NCBI GenBank assembly: GCA_902789225.1
Contig: CADANC010000003.1
Span: forward strand, 58,731 to 122,730
Length of the DNA stretch: 64,000 nucleotides
From: an uncultured Erysipelotrichaceae bacterium
Lineage (GTDB): Bacteria > Bacillota_I > Bacilli_A > RF39 > UBA660
Direction of reading: 5' to 3'
Shown here: one piece after another, positions 19,371 through 28,687 of the stretch
Position numbering within the stretch: the first letter of the stretch is position 1
How the letters are laid out: the number at the start of each line of letters is the position of its first letter
The notes under the pieces: generated by a model
What the model was told of the DNA's origin: nothing
What the model saw: only the letters and a program-made list of their open reading frames with translations
The model's database searches: none
Position numbers and translations under genes: made by a program

Positions 19371-19819
19371 TATTTTATATTTTCCTTTACTAAATCATAT
19401 GCTTTATCAGTATCTTTATAAGAAATATAAATTAAATAATTGCCTACACTAGTTTGAACTCTATCTTCTAATATTCCTACTGCTTCAGGTGAATATAAAG
19501 AACTTTGTGATTCTAATGTTTCAAAGAAATTATCCATTTGTTTTTTTACTTCATCTTTGTTTTTATCTGATACTTTTATTATTGCATATACAGATCCATC
19601 TTTATTTGAATTACTTTTTATTACATATTCATCCATTAAAGATAAATCAATACCATATATAGCTTCTAATTCCCTATCCTCCATAGAAACCATATCTTTC
19701 ATTTCAGCATCTAAACTTTTACTTGCTGCGTTCATATCAAGAGTAGCTTCTGAATTACTACTAGCTCCACATCCAGTTAATAATAGTATTCCTATTAAAC
19801 ATATAATTATTTTTTTCAT
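19370..19819 (-). CDS. lipoprotein co-transcribed with MBOAT
   Basis: The signal peptide carries a lipobox (MKKIIICLIGILLLTGCGASS). The 149-aa protein is translationally coupled to the MBOAT gene. Confidence 0.55.
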   Translation of the reverse strand: MKKIIICLIGILLLTGCGASSNSEATLDMNAASKSLDAEMKDMVSMEDRELEAIYGIDLSLMDEYVIKSNSNKDGSVYAIIKVSDKNKDEVKKQMDNFFETLESQSSLYSPEAVGILEDRVQTSVGNYLIYISYKDTDKAYDLVKENIK

Positions 19820-19820
19820 T

Positions 19821-21092
19821 TTAAACTCCTCCTAAATCTATATGTTTTATATAATCTATATAATATGCCTTTCCATTTTCATTTAAATGAAAACCACAAT
19901 TAGCCTCATCTTTACATTCATAATAATCATGATTAGCATAACCTGATCCATCTTTTAATCTATCAGCAAAATTTATAAAACCAATTTTATTTTTGTGACA
20001 GGTTTCTAATACATAGTAGTTATATTGATTAATTCTATATTGATGATTACCATTTATAGTTCCAGAATATACAGGAAATACAGCACTAAATACAAGTTTA
20101 GTATTAGGATAATTATTTTTTACATTATCTATAAGAGCTTGTGTTTCTTGAACTAATTGATCTTTATTCATATGAAGTATTGTATTAATACCTACAGAAG
20201 CAATTAAATATTTAGGTTGATAAGTTGATAAAGCCTCATTAAGTGTCATACTTCTTCCATCTACAAAAGTAGTAAATGTAGAAGTATTAATTTGTACAAT
20301 ATTTAAATTATACATACCCCAAGTTTGTGCTCCACTTAAATATCTTCCATGTTGATATAAAAATGCTACATTAGAATCTCCTAAAAAAACTGTATCTTTA
20401 AAATAATCATATTCTTTACTTTGATCATATTTTAATAAAACATCAGTATAAACATTATCTAAATTAAAACTATTTAAAGGTGCTTGTAAAACAGTTTGTC
20501 TATCAGCAACTTCAACATTTCTCTCTACAACAGTCTCATTATTTGCAGAATCAACAACACTATATTTAATTACATAAGTTCCTACAGCATTAATATCAAG
20601 ATTGCTATCTACTTTAACTTTATCTGTAATATCACCATCTACATTATCGCTAGCAGTATATCCAGCTTCATTATATTCCTCTCCAAGATTTAGATAAACA
20701 TCTTTTTCTCCATTTAATTCAATATGAGGTTTTTCCAAATCTTTTACAATTACTTTTCTTTGTAACTTTTTAGTAATAAATAAAACTTTAGAACTGTAGT
20801 TAACTTTATATTCCCCTACTTTAGTATTATCTATATTATTAGTAATTTTAATATTATCTATCTTTTTACCAAAGAATTTAGAAACTGCACCGCTTTCTAA
20901 ATATTTTTTATTAACACCTAATTCTACTTCTTTCTCGCCAATCAAAACAAAAGAAAAATTTTTATCTAAGAAAATATACGAACCACCAGAAATAATAAAT
21001 AATAAAGAAATAACAATTAATACTATAGAAATTATTTTAAATTTATTATTACTTTTATTCTTTTGCTCATCCTTTTGCTTATTCTTTTTCAT
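19821..21092 (-). CDS. membrane-anchored Ig-like + SGNH hydrolase (paralog of 15987..16982)
   Basis: The start was moved to MKKNKQKDEQ (ATG at 21092, RBS gaggaagag). An N-terminal TM segment is followed by an Ig-like repeat (GYTASDNVDGDITDKV...GTYVIKYSVVDSANN). SGNH block I is VFLGDSNVAF and the block V-like motif is CGFHLNENG. Confidence 0.6.
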   Translation of the reverse strand: MKKNKQKDEQKNKSNNKFKIISIVLIVISLLFIISGGSYIFLDKNFSFVLIGEKEVELGVNKKYLESGAVSKFFGKKIDNIKITNNIDNTKVGEYKVNYSSKVLFITKKLQRKVIVKDLEKPHIELNGEKDVYLNLGEEYNEAGYTASDNVDGDITDKVKVDSNLDINAVGTYVIKYSVVDSANNETVVERNVEVADRQTVLQAPLNSFNLDNVYTDVLLKYDQSKEYDYFKDTVFLGDSNVAFLYQHGRYLSGAQTWGMYNLNIVQINTSTFTTFVDGRSMTLNEALSTYQPKYLIASVGINTILHMNKDQLVQETQALIDNVKNNYPNTKLVFSAVFPVYSGTINGNHQYRINQYNYYVLETCHKNKIGFINFADRLKDGSGYANHDYYECKDEANCGFHLNENGKAYYIDYIKHIDLGGV

Positions 21093-21230
21093 AAACTCTT
21101 CCTCGTTATTATTGTACCATCTAAATAATATCACCAATTTTTTTTTATGTAAAGTTTGATAAATATTCAAATAATTATAACAAAAAATAAATTATTATAT
21201 ATTATTTGTTATAATAAAAATGGTGATAAT

Positions 21231-22205
21231 ATGTATACAATTAATGATTGTGTTTTAATAAGAAAAACAGGCGTTTTTCCAGAAAATGGTATAATTCAAA
21301 CTCCAATAAATGGATTAGCTTATGAATTTGGTAAATCTACAATATTAGGAGATGCCATATATGATAAATTAAGAGAAGAATATACCAATCCTGAAGATTT
21401 AATTAGAGAAGGAAAAAAATATGATGTTTATTTTGAAACATATAGAAGAACTATTCATTTCACTATAAATGGTGTTGTAGCAGATTCTTTGTATGGGCAA
21501 TTTCCATATCCGTTTGCTATTATTGAACCACTAAAACATCATGTTGATGATGATTCACTAGAAACTCTAAGAGTTGAAGATACATATTTTTCTGATGATA
21601 TGAAGTTATCAGATGAAGCTATAATACTTATACCAGAAGAAGAAAGAGAAAAACTAGCCGAAAGATATGATCTTACAGGATTAAATATCCGCACCTACAC
21701 AGGTGAGTTAGAGAAAGCAATTAAAGATGAGTTACAAGAAGCAGGCTATGACTTCTTTGATGTAAATGATCACGGATATAGAAAAGGCCTAGATAGTGGA
21801 ACAAAAGATAGCGAAATGTATACTTTTATTTATGAATATTGTCAAGCTCATGGAATTCCACAAAAAAAGCATTTCTATTCAGACATTAATTATGAAGATC
21901 AACAAAAAAGAATGGAAGAAGCTGAAAGGATGGATGAACTACATCTAAAATATATATTAGATAGTGGTTTAGTAAGTGAAGAAGTAGTAGAAAAAACAAA
22001 TGCTATGTTAGAAGATAGAAGATATTATAAACAAGAATTTAATGAATTAATGAGACAAGTAGTTGATCAAGTTGGATTAGAAAAATTAGCTGAATTAACA
22101 AGTGAATTTAATCAAAAAATGATAAATGAAAGAGAATTAAGAATAATGGCTAATAAAGAAAAAAAACCTCAACAAACAAAAGATAAATCAAATAAAAAAG
22201 ACTAG
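21231..22205 (+). CDS. hypothetical acidic cytoplasmic protein
   Basis: The start was placed at MYTINDCVLIRK (ATG at 21231). The 324-aa protein has no TM segment and a Lys-rich coiled-coil-like tail. I recognise no motif in it. Confidence 0.4.
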   Translation: MYTINDCVLIRKTGVFPENGIIQTPINGLAYEFGKSTILGDAIYDKLREEYTNPEDLIREGKKYDVYFETYRRTIHFTINGVVADSLYGQFPYPFAIIEPLKHHVDDDSLETLRVEDTYFSDDMKLSDEAIILIPEEEREKLAERYDLTGLNIRTYTGELEKAIKDELQEAGYDFFDVNDHGYRKGLDSGTKDSEMYTFIYEYCQAHGIPQKKHFYSDINYEDQQKRMEEAERMDELHLKYILDSGLVSEEVVEKTNAMLEDRRYYKQEFNELMRQVVDQVGLEKLAELTSEFNQKMINERELRIMANKEKKPQQTKDKSNKKD

Positions 22206-22219
22206 AAAACTAGCCTTTT

Positions 22220-22825
22220 TTAATATGGAATATAAGGTAATAAACCTATCAATATAATAGAAACAAAAAATAGTAATAATAAGAATACTTTATTAAATTT
22301 ATTTAATTTTAAGGTATCACTTAAATTATAAATAATACCATATAAAATTCCTACTAATATTAAACCAGCTATTATTCCTAAATATATTTTTAAAGTATTA
22401 CTTAAATCTGAAAAAATAGCAGTATTAAATCTTTCTACAAGTAAACTATATGTCATTATGCAATATCCAGTAGCACCATGAGAAAAATAAAATATTATTC
22501 CTGATCCTTTAGAATTATCAGCCAATATCGCAACACCAAATCCTGCTATAAAGAATACAAAACCAAATAAATAAAATAGAAAGTTTTGAGGAACAGTAGG
22601 TAAAAGTATAATTGCTCCAAATATTATAAATAACAAGCAAATCATTATAATAAAAAATACATCTTTATTTTTAATACCTAATACATCTAAAATATTCTTA
22701 CTAAGATTCTTATTTCTATCAACAGATATTCTCATTAATCTTACAAATTCATCGAATTGTTTTTCAATATATTCACTATCTTCATTATGTAATTCATCGA
22801 GTTTTTTCTTATTTTCTTCATACAT
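22220..22825 (-). CDS. small membrane protein (cytoplasmic N-terminal region of about 60 aa followed by 4 TM)
   Basis: Hydropathy shows a charged N-terminal region of about 60 aa followed by four hydrophobic helices. It lies downstream of, and on the same strand as, the 468-aa protein. Confidence 0.4.
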   Translation of the reverse strand: MYEENKKKLDELHNEDSEYIEKQFDEFVRLMRISVDRNKNLSKNILDVLGIKNKDVFFIIMICLLFIIFGAIILLPTVPQNFLFYLFGFVFFIAGFGVAILADNSKGSGIIFYFSHGATGYCIMTYSLLVERFNTAIFSDLSNTLKIYLGIIAGLILVGILYGIIYNLSDTLKLNKFNKVFLLLLFFVSIILIGLLPYIPY

Positions 22826-22929
22826 AATATCACCTATCCATTTACTATAATTATATATCTAAAAACAATTATTTATAATAATAAATATATAAAAGTAGAT
22901 TACTTTACTAAATTTGTTCATAAACAACT

Positions 22930-24336
22930 CTAATTTTTTTTAGAATTCCAATAATCTCTATTATTTACTAATCTTTTGATTTTCTTTATTTCATAAGTAG
23001 GAGATATTTCTCTCTTATCTCGAAGTTTAAGAGCTGTAATTGTTTTTCTTACTTGTTCTACATCATCTCCACAAATTGAACCCTCTAATACAAAATCACC
23101 TCTTGTATCTATTATTTTTAAGCCACCATTTTCTATAGAAGTAAATATACTATCATTATCTAAATATCTTGTTAAAGGTATAATTCCAGCATCATATTGC
23201 ACTCTACTTGTCCTACATTTTGGAGTATATAAACCATCTAAAACATAACAAGTAATACCTTCATCATAAGGATCAAAAGGTAAAGCAGTATTCATTACTC
23301 TTAATGCTCCAATATCAGATAGAAATTTAAAATCAAATGGTTCAACTCTACCCTGTTGAGCCTCATATGCTTCTTCAATTGGTTTGAGTCTATTGTTTTT
23401 GTCATCTTCTAAATGTATTCTTATATCATCATCATCAAGACTTTTGTCATTTATTCTTTGGTTCCAAAGACTAAATTCATCATCCTCTACATAAAATTCA
23501 GGATGCTTTGAAGCAAGAATTTTTAATCTACTACCAAAATAAACTTTCTTTTTTTTAGTTAAAGAATCTTTTTGCCATACACCATAAGCATATGCCAGAT
23601 TTCTCAATTGATCTAAACAATAAGTATCTTCTAAAATTGCTGGAAGAGTAACTTGATACAAATTAGGATAATTAATAATAAAGAATAAATCGGTCTCATC
23701 AAACTCTCCATCTCTATCAATTGTAAGTTCTTTTATATTAGGAAGTACTGTATTTAAGAAAAAGTATGGATAATTCATAGGAGTATCACATATATTAACT
23801 TTAGAACAATTCATATTAACACTACCTGTATATTCTTCAATATTTGAATTAAAAATACTTAGATAATCCCCATTAAAACCATTTAAAGATTGAAAATCTT
23901 CAATTATACAATTATTTATTAATATAGATGCTCCTTTACAAGGAAGAGATCCTATTTTTAATTCTTTAGGAATAATACAAGATCCAAATTCTACACATTT
24001 ATCTTTGTAGTAACCTTTATGTGAAATTGAACATAAAGAAAGAATAATATTAATAAATTCAAGTTTTATCGTCATATTTAAAAAACGAATAAATTTTATT
24101 TTATCTATTGTATAGAAATCTCTATTTTCTTTATTTAAAAATAATAGAAACTCCATAAAACAATCAGCTATATCTATATCTTCTCTAGCATTTGGCATTT
24201 TTTCAATTCTTAAATCTGATGATCTTTTTTTACTCGATGTTAGAGTTATTCTAACTTCGTTTTCACAACAATAAGCTTCTAGATAGTCATCTAAAGTATT
24301 AGGAGGATTTTCAAAATATTTATATTTAAACTCCAT
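22930..24336 (-). CDS. large hypothetical soluble protein (468 aa)
   Basis: The start was moved to MEFKYKYFENPP (ATG at 24336, RBS ggtga). The longer track start would overlap the divergent gene. The protein is Cys-rich with a hydrophobic-repeat middle region. No P-loop, HEXXH or nuclease motif was seen. Confidence 0.4.
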   Translation of the reverse strand: MEFKYKYFENPPNTLDDYLEAYCCENEVRITLTSSKKRSSDLRIEKMPNAREDIDIADCFMEFLLFLNKENRDFYTIDKIKFIRFLNMTIKLEFINIILSLCSISHKGYYKDKCVEFGSCIIPKELKIGSLPCKGASILINNCIIEDFQSLNGFNGDYLSIFNSNIEEYTGSVNMNCSKVNICDTPMNYPYFFLNTVLPNIKELTIDRDGEFDETDLFFIINYPNLYQVTLPAILEDTYCLDQLRNLAYAYGVWQKDSLTKKKKVYFGSRLKILASKHPEFYVEDDEFSLWNQRINDKSLDDDDIRIHLEDDKNNRLKPIEEAYEAQQGRVEPFDFKFLSDIGALRVMNTALPFDPYDEGITCYVLDGLYTPKCRTSRVQYDAGIIPLTRYLDNDSIFTSIENGGLKIIDTRGDFVLEGSICGDDVEQVRKTITALKLRDKREISPTYEIKKIKRLVNNRDYWNSKKN

Positions 24337-24481
24337 AATAATCACCATTTTCTTTATTTGTTTTTTTACAATATCATAAAAAAAATCATTATTCAATAAA
24401 ATAAAATGTATAAATATTATATAAAAAAATATACTTTTTGAGTTTTTTATGTTATAATATGCTCCGAAATGAGGATATATT

Positions 24482-25474
24482 ATGAAAATAAGAATAAATC
24501 CAAAAATGATAAATTTATTATTAACTACCAGTGCTCTTACTATAGGACTTACAGCTTGTAGTCCTGACAAAACACAAACATCAGGAGAAATTCATTATAA
24601 TATAGGAGAACACCAATTAATAGAAGTAGATCTAGGAATAGATTGGCCATTTGGTAAAGATGGTTTATATGGTTTAGAAGCACCAAAAGGATATAGAGTC
24701 GTAGATTTTGATTATGATTTTTTAGAAGATTCTACATCATATAGTGACTATTTTTATGAAAACACAAGCGAAGTTACTACTAATAATTCTAATAGTTTTG
24801 GTCAACCTGTTAATGATATAAAAGATAATGATAATCTATATGAGGCTGGAGAACATAGTATTGTTTCAATAGATAGAGGTATTAATCTATTAGGTAGTTT
24901 AGGTTTTACAAAAGACATAGAAGCACCAGTTGGATATGAAATAGTTGATTATGATTATGATGTGACTAATGGACTTGATTTTGAAAATATTACATATCAA
25001 AATAAAGAACTAGTAGAAGTTAATGATTTTGATAATTTTGGAACACCTATTGATAGTACAGAAAAAGATGATAAAGACTATTATGATATAGGTGAACATA
25101 CTATTGTTACACTTAACCGTAGTATTAATCCATTTTTTGGAAAAGATGAAAGTAAAACAATAGAAGCACCTGAAGGTTATGAGATAATTGACTATGATTA
25201 TGATAAATTACCTTCTACAGAATATGAAACAATTCTTTACAGAAATAATGTTCCAGTATCTAAAGTTAAAGACAGTTTTGGAACGCCTTTAGAAGAAGTA
25301 AGAGAAAAAGATGAGGCATTAGTAGAAATAGATAGAGACTTAAATATGCTATTTGGTAAAGTAACATTAAAAGAAGCTGATAAAAAAGATGGTTATTATT
25401 TAATAGATTACGATTATGATAAAAATCCATATTTTGAGTTTGAAACTCATGTTTACAAGAAGGGTAAAAAATAA
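24482..25474 (+). CDS. lipoprotein with four tandem repeats of about 80 aa ending in (I/V)DYDYD
   Basis: The lipobox is LTTSALTIGLTACSPDK. There are four repeats of the form GEHxxV..D/NR.IN..FGK...EAP.GYE(I/V)(I/V)DYDYD. An extended -10 (TGtTATAAT) and an RBS (gagga) lie upstream. Confidence 0.55.
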   Translation: MKIRINPKMINLLLTTSALTIGLTACSPDKTQTSGEIHYNIGEHQLIEVDLGIDWPFGKDGLYGLEAPKGYRVVDFDYDFLEDSTSYSDYFYENTSEVTTNNSNSFGQPVNDIKDNDNLYEAGEHSIVSIDRGINLLGSLGFTKDIEAPVGYEIVDYDYDVTNGLDFENITYQNKELVEVNDFDNFGTPIDSTEKDDKDYYDIGEHTIVTLNRSINPFFGKDESKTIEAPEGYEIIDYDYDKLPSTEYETILYRNNVPVSKVKDSFGTPLEEVREKDEALVEIDRDLNMLFGKVTLKEADKKDGYYLIDYDYDKNPYFEFETHVYKKGKK

Positions 25475-25491
25475 TATACCCTTCTTTTTTT
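25460..25491 (+). terminator. rho-independent terminator after the repeat lipoprotein gene
   Basis: The stem is aagggta / taccctt, and a T-run (ttcttttttt) follows. Confidence 0.5.
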
Positions 25492-25528
25492 CAACAAAAA
25501 AAACCATGTATATAAAAACATAGTTTTT

Positions 25529-26005
25529 CTAATGTGGATATTTCTTAATATGAACTTTCGGACTATTAAAAATAATTTCTGGACTGTAGTATTCATCAGT
25601 AGTTTCTGACGGAACCCAGCCATATGCTTCAATAATTTTTGAAAATTCATCTAATCTTTTTTCAGGTATAGTAATTAAAGGTTTTTCAGTACCTAAATAA
25701 TCATATGAATCCTCTAATATCATTTTAGAATAACCTTTTCTACGATATTCTTCATCTATTAAAAATGTACATATTTTAGCTTCATCATCAGTTTTTTTTA
25801 ACATAGATAAACCAACTATTTGAAAACCATCTAAATAAAATATAGCCTCACCTTCTCCATCTAATATTCTTGGTATATTTGTCTGATAATACCATTTGTA
25901 ATATTCTGGATATTGAAGTTTATTATAATCTGTTAATAAATATATCTCGTTAGCAGCCCTAGAAAAATTTTTATCTCTCATAGTACTTAATACGTATTTT
26001 TCCAT
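25529..26005 (-). CDS. GNAT-family N-acetyltransferase
   Basis: A 158-aa protein. The acetyl-CoA motif A is ICTFLIDEEYRRKGYSKMIL (R-x-x-G-x-S/A). Confidence 0.65.
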   Translation of the reverse strand: MEKYVLSTMRDKNFSRAANEIYLLTDYNKLQYPEYYKWYYQTNIPRILDGEGEAIFYLDGFQIVGLSMLKKTDDEAKICTFLIDEEYRRKGYSKMILEDSYDYLGTEKPLITIPEKRLDEFSKIIEAYGWVPSETTDEYYSPEIIFNSPKVHIKKYPH

Positions 26006-26129
26006 GATACACCTCGGCTTTATATTATAACATAATCAAAAGTTATTACAATAATCTATATATTCACAAAAAAAGAACTATTTGTAAGTTCTTTATATAA
26101 GATTCGAATAATTCGAACAGATTCTTAAA

Positions 26130-26205
26130 TGGTGTCCCTGAGAGGAGTCGAACCTCCGACCAAAGGTTTAGGAAACCTCTGCTCTATCCACTGAGCTACA
26201 GAGAC
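26130..26205 (-). tRNA. tRNA-Arg (anticodon CCT)
   Basis: The reverse complement is GTCTCTGTAGCTCAGTGGATAGAGCAGAGGTTTCCTAAACCTTTGGTCGGAGGTTCGACTCCTCTCAGGGACACCA. It folds as a cloverleaf with anticodon loop TTCCTAA and an encoded CCA. Confidence 0.85.
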
Positions 26206-26216
26206 AAGTAAGAAGA

Positions 26217-27869
26217 CTAAACTTCTTGAATAACTGTAATTATCATTGGTTTAGCTTCAGTTTCTTGATAGAAATAATTTCCAAGTTCCGCTCTTACATC
26301 ATTTTTAATTCTTGTATAGTCAACTCTCTTACCACTATCTTTTGTATCTTCTAAAATAACATTTCTTGCTATTTCAGCTGTCTTTTCGATTAATTCTTGA
26401 CTTTCTTTAACATATACAAAACCACGAGTAAGTATTTCAGGTCCCCCAATTATTTCTTTAGTATCTTTATCTAAAGTACAACTAATTATAACGATACCAC
26501 TATTACCTAACATTTCTCTATCTTTTAAAACTAAATCTCCAATGTCATCTCCACTAGAACCACTAATTAAAACTTGTTCTACAGGAACTTTTTCAAATGA
26601 CTCAATCATTTCACCATTATCAAATTCAACAACATCACCATTTAATTTTAAAATAATATTATTTTTATCCATACCACATGCTTCAGCAACTTCAGCATTA
26701 GCATATTGATCTTTATACTCCCCTTTTACAGGAAAATAATATTTAGGATTCATCAAATTAATCATTAACATCAAATCTTCACTAGATGCATGATGTAATA
26801 AACTCTTCTTATTAGAAAGCATTATACCATTAGCACCTATTTGTGCTATTTGATCTAACACATCACTTGATTTCTTTTCAATACCAGGATAACTAGGTTC
26901 AGTAATAAATACTGTATCTTCATCAGTTAATTTAATAAATTTATCATAACCTTTAATTATTCTATTTAAATTTGAGAAAGGTCTTTCTTTTTCATCACTA
27001 ATAAATACAATAATACCTTTTTCATTAAGAGATTCTAAATTTTTAATTCTACTCTCATCAAAAGTTAAATATCCCTCTTTTAAGGATTCACTTATCATAT
27101 TTTGTAATCCTTTACCCATAACAATAACATTTCTATGAGTTTTCATTATTTCATCAAATAATTCTTGAATTCTATAAAAATGTGCAGGAAATACAGTACA
27201 AATAATTCTTCCTTCATTATGAGCAAGTACTTCTCTAATTAAAGAAGCTGCCCTATCTAGTGGACTAGTATGACCTACTTTACTTGCATAAATAGATTCA
27301 CTTAACAAACATAAAACTCCTTGTTTACCAACATATGCAAGTTTTCCGATATCACATTTATAATTACCCAACATAGTTGAGTCAAAAGTATAATCCCCTG
27401 TATAAACAATTGCTCCATCTGGAGTATACAAAACATAACAAACTGCATCAGGAATAGAATGTGTAACACTAATTGGAAAAATACTATTATTACCAAACAC
27501 AATTTTATTATAAGGCTTAATTTCAATTAAATTACATTTCTCAATTAACTCATTACTCATATCATTTTTTAATATTTCTAATGTTAAATGAGTACCATAT
27601 ACTGGAATATCATGAACAGCCTCCAATATATCAGGAGTAGCTCCCATATTAGATTCATGGCCATGAGATAAGAATATTCCCTTTATTTTATCCTTGTTAT
27701 CAATTAAAAATTGATGACCAGGAATAATATAATCTATTCCTAAATTAATATCATTATCGTACTTTAAACCACAATCAAATATAAATATTTCTTCGTCTAC
27801 ATTAACGACATACATGTTTTTGCCATTTTCATTTAATCCGCCTAAAGCAAAAACTTTAATTTTACTCAA
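26217..27869 (-). CDS. rnj: ribonuclease J
   Basis: A metallo-beta-lactamase region (FLSHGHESNMG) is followed by beta-CASP and C-terminal domains. At 550 aa, the length is typical of RNase J1/J2. Confidence 0.85.
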   Translation of the reverse strand: MSKIKVFALGGLNENGKNMYVVNVDEEIFIFDCGLKYDNDINLGIDYIIPGHQFLIDNKDKIKGIFLSHGHESNMGATPDILEAVHDIPVYGTHLTLEILKNDMSNELIEKCNLIEIKPYNKIVFGNNSIFPISVTHSIPDAVCYVLYTPDGAIVYTGDYTFDSTMLGNYKCDIGKLAYVGKQGVLCLLSESIYASKVGHTSPLDRAASLIREVLAHNEGRIICTVFPAHFYRIQELFDEIMKTHRNVIVMGKGLQNMISESLKEGYLTFDESRIKNLESLNEKGIIVFISDEKERPFSNLNRIIKGYDKFIKLTDEDTVFITEPSYPGIEKKSSDVLDQIAQIGANGIMLSNKKSLLHHASSEDLMLMINLMNPKYYFPVKGEYKDQYANAEVAEACGMDKNNIILKLNGDVVEFDNGEMIESFEKVPVEQVLISGSSGDDIGDLVLKDREMLGNSGIVIISCTLDKDTKEIIGGPEILTRGFVYVKESQELIEKTAEIARNVILEDTKDSGKRVDYTRIKNDVRAELGNYFYQETEAKPMIITVIQEV

Positions 27870-27928
27870 TTTTTTATTCCTCCTTTTCTAATAATTAATC
27901 GTAAAAAGACTAACTAATTATACCAAAA

Positions 27929-28612
27929 TTAGTCTATTTTAGCAAGTTTATCAAGAGCTACTTTAGCAGCTTCTTGTTCTGCTTCTTTCTTAGATGAGCC
28001 TACTCCTCTACCATAAACAATTCCATCTACTAATACATCTACAGTGAATGTTTTATCATGACTAGGACCAACTTCATCAATTAAATTATAATGAATAGTA
28101 TCTTGTTCAGCTTGTACATATTCTTGTAAAGCACTCTTATAATCATTAAAGAAATTAACTTTAGGATTTTCAATATAAGGAACAATCACTTCTAATATAA
28201 TTCTTCTAACAGTACTAAAACCTAAATCTAAATATATAGCAGCCATTAATGATTCAAATATATCAGCAACAATAGCTTTTTTATAACGTCCATTCTCTTT
28301 TAGTTCACCATGTCCAAGTCTTAAATATTTTTCAAGACCTAAATCCATAGAATATTCATATAAAGCATTTTCACAAACATAACTAGATCTAACTTTAGTC
28401 ATTTCACCTTCATCTTCAGAATAATTAGTATATAAATATTCAGCTATTACCATATCAACTATAGCGTCACCTAAAAATTCCAATCTTTCATAATCTTGTT
28501 TAGCCTTATGTTCATTAGCATAACTAGAATGAGAAAAAGCTATATTATATAATTTCTCATCATTAGGTTTAATATTCAATTTATTAAATAATTCATTCAT
28601 TATAATCACCAC
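27929..28612 (-). CDS. rnc: ribonuclease III
   Basis: The RNase III signature is ERLEFLGDAIVDMVIAEYLY. A C-terminal dsRBD is present. Confidence 0.9.
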   Translation of the reverse strand: MVIIMNELFNKLNIKPNDEKLYNIAFSHSSYANEHKAKQDYERLEFLGDAIVDMVIAEYLYTNYSEDEGEMTKVRSSYVCENALYEYSMDLGLEKYLRLGHGELKENGRYKKAIVADIFESLMAAIYLDLGFSTVRRIILEVIVPYIENPKVNFFNDYKSALQEYVQAEQDTIHYNLIDEVGPSHDKTFTVDVLVDGIVYGRGVGSSKKEAEQEAAKVALDKLAKID

Positions 28613-28687
28613 ATAAATTATATCACAAAAATATTTACATCGAATATTTGAATTGAGTTTAGTAAAAATATATAGTAAAATATAAAT

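Noticed and set aside
13076-26129. Prophage or integrative element call for the tRNA-flanked segment
   Set aside because: No integrase, recombinase, excisionase, capsid, terminase or relaxase genes were seen, and I cannot verify an att repeat by eye. I kept it only as a low-confidence variable-region observation.
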